Assembly: GCF_000281045.1 (NCBI RefSeq) | Contig: NW_008246085.1 | Span: forward strand, 658,754 to 678,753 | DNA from: Saprolegnia diclina VS20 | Taxonomy: Eukaryota | Length of the DNA: 20,000 bases | Direction of reading: 5' to 3' | In this document: positions 10,172 through 20,000 of the stretch, piece after piece | How the letters are laid out: every line of letters begins with the position of its first letter | How positions within the stretch are numbered: the stretch's first letter is position 1 | Position numbers and translations under genes: made by a program | The notes under the pieces: generated by a model | What the model was told of the DNA's origin: nothing | The model's input: only the letters and a program-made list of their open reading frames with translations | The model's database searches: none

Positions 10172-10619
10172 GACTCAAAAATGACCACTCTGCCACTGGC
10201 CCGGAATTACCGTAATCTATATTTTATAACCGACACAGCCGCTCGTGCTCTCTGTCGCCACGGCCCATTTAGCGTCCCAGCAGTATGCATGCCCAGCACT
10301 ATGCCGCCTGCATCCGCATCGCGAGTGGCTATAAGTGCTAAGCGAGACATGCTTTGTGGCTTGCCCGCAGCAGCGATGTGTGCGCTGGTTGCAGCGTCGG
10401 TCTCTTGTACACTCCAGCGTCCCGGTTGGTTGTCGGCAAGAGCTACATACCGACCCTTGGGCACAGCCCATAGCCGTGAAGGCCTCAAGCCAACGCCAGC
10501 TCTAGCCAGGGTGAAATTGGATCGTCTTCGCCGGAGGTGCAATGGCACTGTGTTGCGTGTGTCGGTTAGGAGATGCAATTAGCGGTATATCCGTATAATA
10601 CGTAGATTATCCGGCGGCG

Positions 10620-10720
10620 GCGAACGATTGGTGAATGCTGTGGGCGGTGTGATTGGTCGGTGGCATTGACTGGTGTCTATGGCCAAGGGCAATCTCGTGT
10701 GCCGATATTCCCAAATTCCA
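10620..10720 (+). promoter_or_regulatory. Putative RPS11 core promoter: two inverted CCAAT boxes and an Inr/FPR-like element
   Basis: GATTGG at ~10626 and ~10651. GATATTCCCAAATT at ~10704-10717 loosely resembles the oomycete Inr+FPR consensus (TCATTYYNCAWTTT), about 20-30 nt before the ATG at 10735. Confidence 0.4.
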
Positions 10721-10734
10721 CAGCTTTGACGAAC

Positions 10735-11349
10735 ATGGAACACATTGAGCAAGTACGTTCTTCTTGGGCTGCGGGGTTGCTGGATCGAGAGATCCCATCT
10801 AGTGGAGATAGCTAGTTGGGGTGCGGTGATGGCCACCCCAAGGCGATAACCTCCCTCACTCTCACCTGCTCACCTCCATGTCTTTAGAACGAAAAGGCTT
10901 TCCAGAAGCAGGACGGTGTCTTCCTTGCCTCGAAGAAGTTCGCCGGCAAGAAGTCGGGCCCGCGCTTCTACAAGTCGATCGGCCTTGGCTTCAAGACGCC
11001 CAAGACCGCCATCGAGGGTGCCTACGTCGACAAGAAGTGCCCCTTCACGGGCAACGTTTCGATCCGTGGCCGTATCCTCAAGGGCGTTGTCCTCTCGACC
11101 AAGATGAAGCGCACGATCATCGTCCGCCGTGACTACTTGCACTTCATCAAGAAGTACAAGCGTTTCGAGAAGCGCCACAAGAACGTGGCCGCCCACGTCT
11201 CGCCCGCGTTCCGCGTCAAGGAAGGCGATGTCGTGACCATCGGTCAGTGCCGCCCGCTCTCCAAGACGGTCCGCTTCAACGTCGTTGAGGTCGAAGCCGC
11301 CTCGGAGACCAAGCCCATCAACGTCCGCAAGCAGTTCCGCCAGTTCTAA
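10735..11349 (+). CDS. RPS11: 40S ribosomal protein S11 (uS17); 2 exons (10735-10752, 10888-11349)
   Basis: Micro-exon MEHIEQ, then intron 10753-10887 (gtacgt...ctttag), then NEKAFQKQ...[34 protein letters not shown]...[28 protein letters not shown]...[15 protein letters not shown]. This is eukaryotic uS17. Confidence 0.97.
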
Positions 11350-11701
11350 GCGCTCGGCGAATGCACATTGTCGAGAGCGATAACGAGACAACAATGAATT
11401 TGGGTTGATCTTTACTCCTCCTCTTCTCTAGCAGGCCATTGATCCACGCTTGCTCGAGCATCCGTGTGACGAGGACCAGCAGAACGGCCAATGTGCTACC
11501 TTCACAGGCTTTGCAACCGAGACGTGCAACACGGTTCCGAGTGGTACGGTGGTTGATATCTCGCAGACAGTAAGCAAGGCAAGTAACTAGGAGCGAATCC
11601 TCTCGTCCTGGCTGTCGACCAAACGTGCGCGATGGAGCAAGATGAAGTCATTCATTCGAGTTAATATATAAGGGCGTCATAAATACAAGGGCAAAGGGCA
11701 C

Positions 11702-12106
11702 TCAGTAGGTCCAGCCGTTCTCGCGGCAGGCGCCAAAGAGAGCTGCGATCTCATGCTGGGGCACGTGGCGTGGCTCACGGTCGTTGCGGTCCGTGTACTT
11801 GCCGACGTCGGTGGTCGGCTGGCCGTACACGCAGAGGCGGCGCGTGACGTGGCGTAGCTTGATCTGCACGTGGTGGCACTCGTGGCTGCTCGTGCCCTTG
11901 ACGCGGATGTGGCTTGGCGACGTGGTCCCGATGACCTCGAGCAGCGACGCATAGGCTGCGAGGAAGCGCGCGATATCGATGGAGCCCGAGACGCGGCGGT
12001 CGGGCGTCGTCAGCGTGACGTCGCCGGCGTTGGAAACAGAAAACTTGGTCGTCGACCCGTCCTTGGTCGCTGTCGTGATGCACAGGAGCAGGCTGCTGCT
12101 TGTCAT
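11702..12106 (-). CDS. Hypothetical 134-aa protein
   Basis: ORF with host-like G/C-ending codons, starting at an ATG in aagATG context. An Inr/FPR-like GGTCACAATTT lies ~30 nt upstream and a CCAAT at ~12232. An AT-rich tract follows the stop. No family recognised. Confidence 0.65.
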   Translation of the reverse strand: MTSSSLLLCITTATKDGSTTKFSVSNAGDVTLTTPDRRVSGSIDIARFLAAYASLLEVIGTTSPSHIRVKGTSSHECHHVQIKLRHVTRRLCVYGQPTTDVGKYTDRNDREPRHVPQHEIAALFGACRENGWTY

Positions 12107-12346
12107 CTTGGTCGTTGTGGTTGCTGGAATCTCAAATTGTGACCATGTTGAAGCCTGGCTCGTTTTCTTCGGATCATTTTTTCGGATCATCCGGATAAGA
12201 ACTTATCAAATGAACATGATTCACAAACCAGCCAATCAAACGCAAGAGCGAGCGCGCGCAAAGTTCCGCGAAACTCGCGAGTTCAAGCGTAGTCGAGGCT
12301 TCGACTAACTCGACAACACGTCTATTGAATCACGCGATTGACTCGT

Positions 12347-13906
12347 CTACTGTACAGTGGGCGGCGACGCCCTCGAAAGCAGTGCGTCGAGGTATTGGGC
12401 AACGTCGTCGTGGTGGTTGCCTCGGGCGTTGGCGAGCGCCGTTCGCAAGTTGCCTTCACGTCGGTGGGCGCAGAGAAACGTCACGACGTCCAAGTGCCCG
12501 TGCTGCGCGGCCATGTTGAGCGCGTCCTCGGTGCAGCCTTCGCGCCGCGCTTCATGCAGGAAAGCGACGACCGCCAAGTGCCCGTGCTTGGCGGCAAAGT
12601 CCATCGCCCACGTACTGCAGCCTTCCCTCCGGTGCAAGTGCAGATATTCAACGATCTCCAAATGCCCGTTCGTGGCCGCCATGTCCATGGCCTCGGTCGT
12701 GCACCCCTCGGTGCGGTACGTGTGGAGGTACGTGACGACGTCGAGATAGCCGTTCGTCGCCGCTTGGTCGATGGCCAAGGGACTGCAGCCGTCGTTCCGG
12801 TGCGTATCCAGAAACGCAACCACCGCCAAGTGGCCGTTGGCCGCTGCCGTGTCCATGGCGCGCGCCGAGCCCGACGTCTCCCGCGGCGAGACGTGCCAAT
12901 GCAAGTATGCGACGACGTCCAAATGCCCTTTGCCGCATGCGTCGTCAAAGGCGTCGGTGGACACCACGAGCTGCATGTTATGGCGGCGCGGAAAGAGGTA
13001 CGTGACGACGTCGATGTGGCCGCTCACCACGGCCGTGTCGAGGAGGTCCGAGTCCCACGGCGCGCCGACCGACTCGACGAGGTAGCGCACGACGTTGAGA
13101 TGGCCGTTTTTGGCCGCCGCCGCGAGGGCGAGGACGCTCCCGCGCGCGCTGCAGTGCGTGTGCAGGAAGCAAAGCACGTCGAGGTGGTTGCTGGCCGCCG
13201 CGCCGTCGATCGCGTCGCCCGAGCACTTGAAGTTGTACTTGTGCAGCAGCTGCAGCACTGGTAGATGACCGTGGATCGCTGCATTGTCCATCGCGTCCGG
13301 CGACGGCGGCGCGTCACACGCATGGTTGAGGCAGAGGTGCTCGACAAGACCAAGGTGCCCTGCACTCGCCGCCGTCGCCAGCAAGGTCGACGCTGGCGGC
13401 GCGATCGCGCGGTGGGCCACCAAGAGGAAGGCGACCAGTCCGACGTCGCCGTGCGTCGCTGCGCACTCGAACGTCTTGGCGCCAAACCCGGCGTAGCGCT
13501 CTCGTTGCAGATAGACGAGGACCGTGGTTTGGCCATTCGCCGCCGCGAGGCTTGGGGCATAGGCTGGCGCGGACGACCGGTGGTGCGCGTGCATGTACTG
13601 CAGCAGCGGGATGTGGCCATAGTAGACGGCGTGGGCGTAGCAAAGCGGCGCGAGGTTCGGGAGCGCGGTGAAGAGGCGGCGAAAGCCCGACGCGCCGTTG
13701 GCCGCGAGCCACGGCCCAAAGCAGAGCGCAAAGCTCTCGACGGCCTTGATGATGTGTCGCGTGGTCCGCAGCGACGACGCGCGCCGGACAAGAGGTGCGT
13801 GCGTCTGCTTGTAGTAGCGAGAGAGCGGGCGCAGGTCCCATGAGACGCCGGCTTGGAAGCTGACGATGATCGCCACGAGCTCGGGCGACCGCAGCGCAAC
13901 GGCCAT
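12347..13906 (-). CDS. Ankyrin-repeat protein of the expanded oomycete type (~519 aa)
   Basis: Many repeats of the form AMD.AA.NGHL.VV.YLH..R.EGC(S/T). The N-terminus MAVALRSPELVAIIVSFQAG resembles the leader of such oomycete ankyrin proteins. The ORF extends upstream, but ATG 13906 is where coding-like bias begins. Confidence 0.9.
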   Translation of the reverse strand: MAVALRSPELVAIIVSFQAGVSWDLRPLSRYYKQTHAPLVRRASSLRTTRHIIKAVESFALCFGPWLAANGASGFRRLFTALPNLAPLCYAHAVYYGHIPLLQYMHAHHRSSAPAYAPSLAAANGQTTVLVYLQRERYAGFGAKTFECAATHGDVGLVAFLLVAHRAIAPPASTLLATAASAGHLGLVEHLCLNHACDAPPSPDAMDNAAIHGHLPVLQLLHKYNFKCSGDAIDGAAASNHLDVLCFLHTHCSARGSVLALAAAAKNGHLNVVRYLVESVGAPWDSDLLDTAVVSGHIDVVTYLFPRRHNMQLVVSTDAFDDACGKGHLDVVAYLHWHVSPRETSGSARAMDTAAANGHLAVVAFLDTHRNDGCSPLAIDQAATNGYLDVVTYLHTYRTEGCTTEAMDMAATNGHLEIVEYLHLHRREGCSTWAMDFAAKHGHLAVVAFLHEARREGCTEDALNMAAQHGHLDVVTFLCAHRREGNLRTALANARGNHHDDVAQYLDALLSRASPPTVQ

Positions 13907-14147
13907 TTCGCTCTGACGAGTGATGGGCGTCCGGATACGCGTGCATTGGCGGCCGACAGCAGGCGGTTGGCCAAAGCTGGCGAGAAGGTCGCCGCGTGAC
14001 AGAGGGTCGACGGACGCGACCATACTATTTGTTTGCAGCACAATCTAAAGTTTGGCAAAGAGAGCTGAGGTCGGCAAGCTGGACCAAGCAATTTGCCGAT
14101 CCCGCCGCCGTTCCACCCTCTCGGGGCGGAATGTGAGTTACTCGACC

Positions 14148-14173
14148 GGCTCTGATCGCTGGCTCTGATCGCT
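14148..14173. repeat. Perfect 13-bp direct tandem repeat (GGCTCTGATCGCT x2)
   Basis: Read directly at 14148-14160 and 14161-14173, between the beta-COP stop and the ankyrin gene start. Confidence 0.8.
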
Positions 14174-14238
14174 CAGGGTCCGTGTTGATTTGATTAGTTT
14201 AAGCCACGCAAGGAGAAGAAGAAGGGGTCCTCGCGCGT

Positions 14239-17193
14239 CTACCCAACAACCTTCTTTCGCTTGTTCGGGTCGTCCTGGCCGCGCTGGACGGCCGTGATGC
14301 GGTCGCCGAGGCTCAGCGCGATGCCTTGCGTCTTGCTTCGGATGCGAATGTGCCCCGTGATCTTGCCCTTCTCCAGCTTCTCAACGCTGAGGTTGGCGAG
14401 CGCGTCTTCGCCTACAGCCGCTCATCTCAGTCCACTCGAATGGGGAAGTGGGGACGTACCAAAGATGCTCTTGGCGTACAAATTGGCCGCGAGAAAGTTC
14501 GTGTCGCCGCCGAGCGACGCTGTCGGCGTCATGCAGCGCATGTTGGTCTTGTCCGTAATGTGCTGGAGGAACGCAAAGACGTTGGTGATGTCCGTGTTGA
14601 CAGCCACCTTGTTCTCCCACTCAAACTCGGCCCACATCGACCGGAACGCCGTGTCGGCGCACGACGCCGGCACGATGTAGTCCATGATGTCGAGATGGAT
14701 GTCGTTGAGGTTCACGTACGTCTTGTCGGCGCCCGACGCGCTCTCGTAGACAATCGTGCCAAAGATATGGCCCGTCTCGGTCGACGACACCTTGATGTTG
14801 GCGCGGATCGTGCGCGTGTCGAGCGGCCCGATCGTCACGGACGCCGGGCGCTCGATGAGCTTGAGGTCGCCCATCGGCGTCAAGTCGACGCTCAGGTTGT
14901 TGAGGGTCGTCGGTGTCCGGTTGATGACGAGGATCTCGAGCACAATGTCATAGTCGTGCACGGTGACATAGGCCTCGGCGTACACCGAGTCGGCAAAGCC
15001 CGTGAGCTGGTGCACGGCGCGGAGCTTCCCGCTGTACTCGTTCGTCGCCACCGCGCGCCCAATGTCGGCGCCGTCGTCAATGTCAATGTCCGTCGACCCG
15101 AGCGCCTTCTTGCCGCGCAGCTGACGAAAGCTAATGAGGTCGTCGGCCTGCAGCGTCGCCGGCTCGTCCGACGCCACCTTGGCGAGGTCCGCGGCCGTCG
15201 TCGCCTTGATGCCTTCCAGCACGGCTTGGTACGACGCGCGGCAGTCGCGAATGAGCACGCTATGCAGCGCTTCAAACGCGGCAGGGTCCGAGAGGATGCG
15301 CACGCACAGCAGCATGCGCCGGCGCGAGTCTTCGTCGAGCTCGATCTTGCCGTTCTTGGCCGACTTGCAGTGGTCGAGGCCGTAGACGATCACGGCGACG
15401 ATGTACCGGAGCGCGTCGACCGTCATGGCCTTGACAACGCCGTCCTCGGCGGCACTCGCGTCCTTGGCGATCGCACGCGCGACGAGCTTGGTCAGCGTCG
15501 AGGCGAGCGTCGACGCGAGGAAAAAGTCGCCGTTGAGCACGAGCTTGCGCAGCATGAGCACGGGCCCGGCCGCGTCGACGGCCGCTGGCGCCGCGTACGA
15601 CGTCTCGGTCGCGTACGTGCCGTCGGCCAAGACGATGCTCTTGGTCGTGGGCTTGACCTGGGCCGCGAGAGGGTCGACCTTGGCTGTATCTGGCACGGGC
15701 GTCGCAGTGTTGAGCGGGAGCGACCCGAGGGCGGCGAGGATCGCTTGGAAGACGCCGTCGATCGAGGTTTCGGCCGCGCCGAGGTCATCGCTGGCGTACT
15801 CGCCGAGGACCCAAAGCGCGACGCGGTAGACCTTGGCCGACTGGATGTCCGGGAACGAGATGAGAAGCTTCTGGAGGATGCTGGCGCGCAGGTCCGGGTA
15901 CGACTCGCACATGGTGCGGACAAAGAGGAGGACGTCCATGGCGCCGTCCGTGCCGACAAACTCGAGCAAGAGGTGGACGACCTGGTGCGCAATGTCGGGG
16001 AACTTGACCGCGCAGTTGTTGATCGACTTGATGAGGAGCGCGCGGTACTCGTCGCACTGGGCCTTCTCCATGCGGCCCTTCTCCTGCGTCTTGAGGATCT
16101 CGCGCTTGAGGTGGCCAATGACCTCTTCAATGTTGCGCGGGCTCACGAGGCTCATGGCGATCTCGAGCACCTTTTTGCAAATATCGAGGTTGGGCGAGCT
16201 CAGCGCGCGCATGACGTCCATGAGCACTTCCTGCAGGATCTTTGTGTGGTGCTTCTTCAGATCCGCGAGCCGGTCGAGCACGATCAGCTTGACATTGTTG
16301 TCGCTCTGGCTGTTGAGGAGGCCCGCGTACGTCTTGGCGGCGGCGCGGACGGCTGTCGGCGCCGAGCTCAGCGTCACGAGGGTCCACGCGGCTTCGTAGC
16401 TGACGGCGGCCGACGACGACTGGAGCAGCTGGAAGATGCAGCGCACGAAGCGCGCCTTCTGGGCAGGGTCGGCGCGACAGACCTTGCGCGTGAGCTCGAG
16501 GATCACGAGCGAGAAGCCGTCGCCAAACTTTTGGATCTGGTCCATCGAGGTCATGAGAAAGTTGACGGCCACGTTCTCGGCGCAGTCAAACAGCATGAGG
16601 AAGGCGTTGCGGCGCGCGCTCGCGTCCGACTCGTTGACGATGAAGCGCTCGATGAGCTCGGGCGCGTCGGGGATGAGGAGCTCGCCAAAGTTCTTGTACA
16701 TCGAGTAGACCGTCATGACTGCGTTCTTGCGTACGTACGCGTGGCGGTGGTCGAGGTTGGCCTTGACGGCGTCTTTGAGCGGCTCGAGGAGCTCGCGCTC
16801 CTTGATCTTGCAGAGGAAGCGCAGCATTGAGCCGCGGATGTACTCGTTGGCGTGGTTGAGGTCGTTGAGGAGCGCGTTGCAGACAAGGATCATCTCGGGC
16901 AAAAGCTTCCCGGCCTCGTCGTACTTGGACGCGATCTCCCAGTAGACCATGAGGAGCTTCTTGAGCTGGTGGTCTTCCTTCGTGGAGCAGAAGCGGATGA
17001 TCTGCATGAGGACGCGCGGCAGCTTCTCGCCGTTGAGGAGCGCGAGGATCGCCGCCTTGAGCGCGCGGACCTTCTCCTCCATCTTGGGGCTCTCGAGGCC
17101 CTTGAGGATCTCGTCCTGGCTCGGCGGCTGGAGCCCGCCCTTCTCCACGCCCGAGAAGAGCAGGATCGTGCAGTTCTTCTCCGTCGTACTCAT
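14239..17193 (-). CDS. COPB1: Coatomer subunit beta (beta-COP); 2 exons (17193-14460, 14411-14239)
   Basis: Motifs [13 protein letters not shown]...[70 protein letters not shown] and [13 protein letters not shown]. The 48-nt intron 14459-14412 continues into [11 protein letters not shown]...[20 protein letters not shown], ending at a TAG at 14241-14239. Confidence 0.97.
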
Positions 17194-17465
17194 TACGTGG
17201 GGGGTGACGAAGACTTGTTCGAATACGCAGCCCCAAGTTGATTTGTTTGCCGCCCATTGGCCGAAATCCCCCTGACTTGGAGCGATGCCATTGGACAAAA
17301 AGATATCAAAAAGTGAACCCGCCGCCAATGACCGGCGTCTCCGGATACGCGACCGAGCACTGCCACGTCATTTTGACACCCCATCCTCAAGTGGACATCA
17401 AGACAAAAGCTCATCGAATGCGTGATGGACGCGATATGTTAAGAAGAAAAAGACGGTTGACGAGG

Positions 17466-20000
17466 CTACGCCGACGGGTGGTGGCTCTGCGCGAGCACTT
17501 GCGCGAACGAGTCGCGATCGAGGGCTGACGCCACGACGACGTCCTCCTGTGCCTCACGCTTGACGCGGCGCGCCTTCTTGAGCCGGTGCCAAATGCACAC
17601 GGCCTGCTTGGCCAAGATGTAGAGCTGGCGCGAGTTGAAGAGGAGGAGGAGCGCGATCTGCAGCACGAGCGCACACGTGCCGACGACGGTTTGCACGCTG
17701 TGGTCGACGTCGGCGATGACGAACGAGCTCAGGAGCGCGTATGTGGCCATCTTCATGACGAACGCGATCGACGCGCAGACGTTCTGAAAATCGAGGAGGT
17801 ACGGACTGCAGTGCGTCATGTAGAGGAACATGCCAAACTGCAGCGAGAGCAGAAGCGTGAGCTGCGTCGGCACGTTGCTGACGGCGCCAATCACAATGCC
17901 GCTGAGCACCTCGGCGCCCATCTTGGCGACGAAAAAGTACCGCTGTTCGAACGTATACGTCTTGTAGTAGCCGCCCCACGTAAACTTGAAGCCGGGCTCG
18001 GCGAGGTCGGCCGCGGATTTGCCGTGGAGCATGCACACGCCGAGGACGAGGAGGCCGCAGCAGAGAAGCGAGAGCGAGAGCGTCGCAAAGCAGAGCCCGC
18101 TGCTGTCGGCGAAGCGCAGCTGGAACGACGACGTCATGGAAAGCGCGTACTCGCTCATGAGCGCGATCCCGAGCGCAGCCTGAAGTAGCAGCCGCAAGAA
18201 GAGCCGGTCCTGTGGCAACTCGGACGCGAGCTTCTTCTTGACGTTACGTAGACTAGAGTGTATATATGGGATACTGCTTGGATACGTGGATGGGTGAAGT
18301 GTACCGCTGGCCAAAGAGGAGGCGCACAAGGCCGTAAAGACTGCTGACGACAACGACGACGACGCCAACGACGCTGGCAAAGCCGATGACCGTCGCTTGG
18401 AAGAGCGCTTCCGGGTCGATGTGCAAACGCTGGGCGTACGAGAGGACACCGGCTATGATGTCGCCTTGGGCGATCGAGAGCGCGTTCGCTGAGAGTGGCG
18501 TCGGACCTGACGCGTTCCCCGACCACGACGGCGGTACGTTCAAGACCGTCCACGCGAGCGAGTCGGTAAAGTCGTGGTAGAACGGTGGCGCCGACGGCAT
18601 CTCCATGTGCCCCGACGACGCCAAGAACTGGAGGTAGTCGATGAGGACCCAAAAGGACACGACATCACCCGGTGGGCCCACCGCCCTACGCGCCATCGTC
18701 CACTCAGCACCGAGTATCGCAGCGTGATGTACGTGGCGGTCGACGAGACGACAGAGAGCGAGTGTGTGACGGTCGGCAGTGTCGAGCTCAGCACCATCGA
18801 GATGACGCTCGTGAGCAGCGACGACGTGACGGCGGCACCCACGATGAGCTGCGCGTTCTCGGACGCAAGGAACTGCAGTGTATCGACGAGCCCTGGCGCT
18901 GTTTCGATCAGCGCGTAGCTAAAGGACTCGTTGCCGCCTGCCACGAATCGCAAGATGTGAGCGCATGCAGTGGTGATGAATGGGTGTATATACCTTCCGA
19001 GCCGACAACTTGGTCGTGAATTTGCGGCACGACGGCAGACGGCAGTGGTGATGCCGCCGTCTCGTTGAAGCGCTTCATCTCTGGCGCGGGACTAAGGCCT
19101 TTCTGCAACGGCTGCTGCGACGGAGCTGGTGCACTGGTTTGCTTGAAGTTGAACGCAGGCATGGGAGTCGGTCCCGTGGCAACCGTCGGAGCTGGAAGCA
19201 CCACGCTTGGGCGGGCCGTCGGCGCAAGAGTCGTCGACGGTGCTGCTGATACATCGGGTGTTAAAGGCACCGATGGAGAGCTACTAGGCTCCGGAGAAGA
19301 CGTGGTTGTTGATGGCTCTGTGGACGACGCCGGTGTCGTTGCAGCTGGTACCGTTGTAGCCACCATAGTCATCGCTGTGGTCGGCACTGGCGACGTCGAC
19401 GACGTGTCGCCTGGCGTGGGCGCGACTGTTGGCGCACCAGGTCCGCTTGTTGGGGATACCGTTGTCGAAGTCGGCTCAGTTGTAGAAGCAACCGGTGCCG
19501 TTGACGTCGTGGGCATAATTGTAGTTACTCCTGGTCGATTTGTGGCTGGCGTCGATGTAGTTTCGGCAGGTACTGTCACTGGGCTACGTGTCGTTGGTGG
19601 AACCGTTGTGTCAACCGGCATGGTTGCCGGGATGCTTGGTGTCCACACAGGTGCCGTTGATACTGATGTTGCTGTTGGTGTTGAAGTTGGTACCGTTGCC
19701 GTCGTCAAGGCAGGCCCAGCTGGTTGGCTTGTTGTCGTGGGGTTTACTGTTGCCACAGCGGGTGCAGTCGTTGGAGCTAATGAAGGCGGTCTCGTTGTAC
19801 TCGGGCTTCCTGATAATGGCGTCAACGCTGTCGGCGTTGGTACCGGCGTTGGGTCGACAGGAACGGAGGCCTGCGTTGTCGAAGTCGGTGCCGAAGTTGG
19901 GTTTGCCGTCACGGGTGCCAGTGTCGACACCACTGGCGCTGGCGTCGGGTCAACTGTCATTGGACTAGGCGTGATCGGTGCTAGCGTGGGCTCTACGGGT
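17466..20000 (-). CDS. Thr/Pro/Ser-rich mucin-like ectodomain + multi-pass TRP-like (Flc/Pkd2-type, PF06011-like) membrane protein; 5' end outside the window
   Basis: Long PTS-rich ORF (~19000-20000) joined by frame-preserving GT-AG introns 18993-18938, 18732-18686 and 18304-18253 to hydrophobic helices. Motifs FWVLIDYLQFLASSGHM...FYHDFTDSLAWT and WGGYYKTYTFEQRYFF resemble the fungal/oomycete TRP-like domain. The stop is at 17468-17466. Confidence 0.8.

Noticed and set aside
11533..11610. tRNA-like fragments (TTCCGAGTGGT A-box-like, GGAGCGAATCC B-box-like)
   Set aside because: No acceptor stem or anticodon arm could be formed, and the T-loop lacks the TTC consensus.
14326..16830. 834-aa ORF on the + strand (also 12338-13264, 2923-3741, 4526-5212 and similar)
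   Set aside because: Antisense shadows of real genes. Strong G/C third-position bias depletes stop codons on the opposite strand, and the translations have no recognisable motifs.
17194..17328. 45-aa N-terminal extension of beta-COP in the ORF track
   Set aside because: Similarity to beta-COP and codon bias begin at [12 protein letters not shown] (17193). The upstream stretch contains an ATTGG/CCAAT element and looks like promoter/UTR.

Overview
Gene-dense, GC-rich eukaryotic DNA with many short (~43-56 nt) GT-AG introns and strong G/C third-codon bias. This fits an oomycete, probably Saprolegniales (inference). In order, the window holds: the 3' end of an unknown gene; a spliced TM-PX-CRAL/TRIO (Sec14-like) gene (+); a phage-type mitochondrial RNA polymerase (-); a multi-exon CCDC87-like gene (+); a GPATCH4-like G-patch gene (-) head-to-head with ribosomal protein uS17/RPS11 (+); a small orphan ORF (-); an ankyrin-repeat gene (-); coatomer beta-COP (-); and the 3' part of a mucin-stalk plus TRP/Flc-like multi-pass membrane gene (-). 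The most notable signal is the unusually long (220 nt) intron of the RNA polymerase gene. It contains a ~138-nt element with hairpin-H box-hairpin-ACA architecture, a candidate intronic box H/ACA snoRNA whose first pocket plausibly targets LSU rRNA. All splice models and folds were derived by eye.
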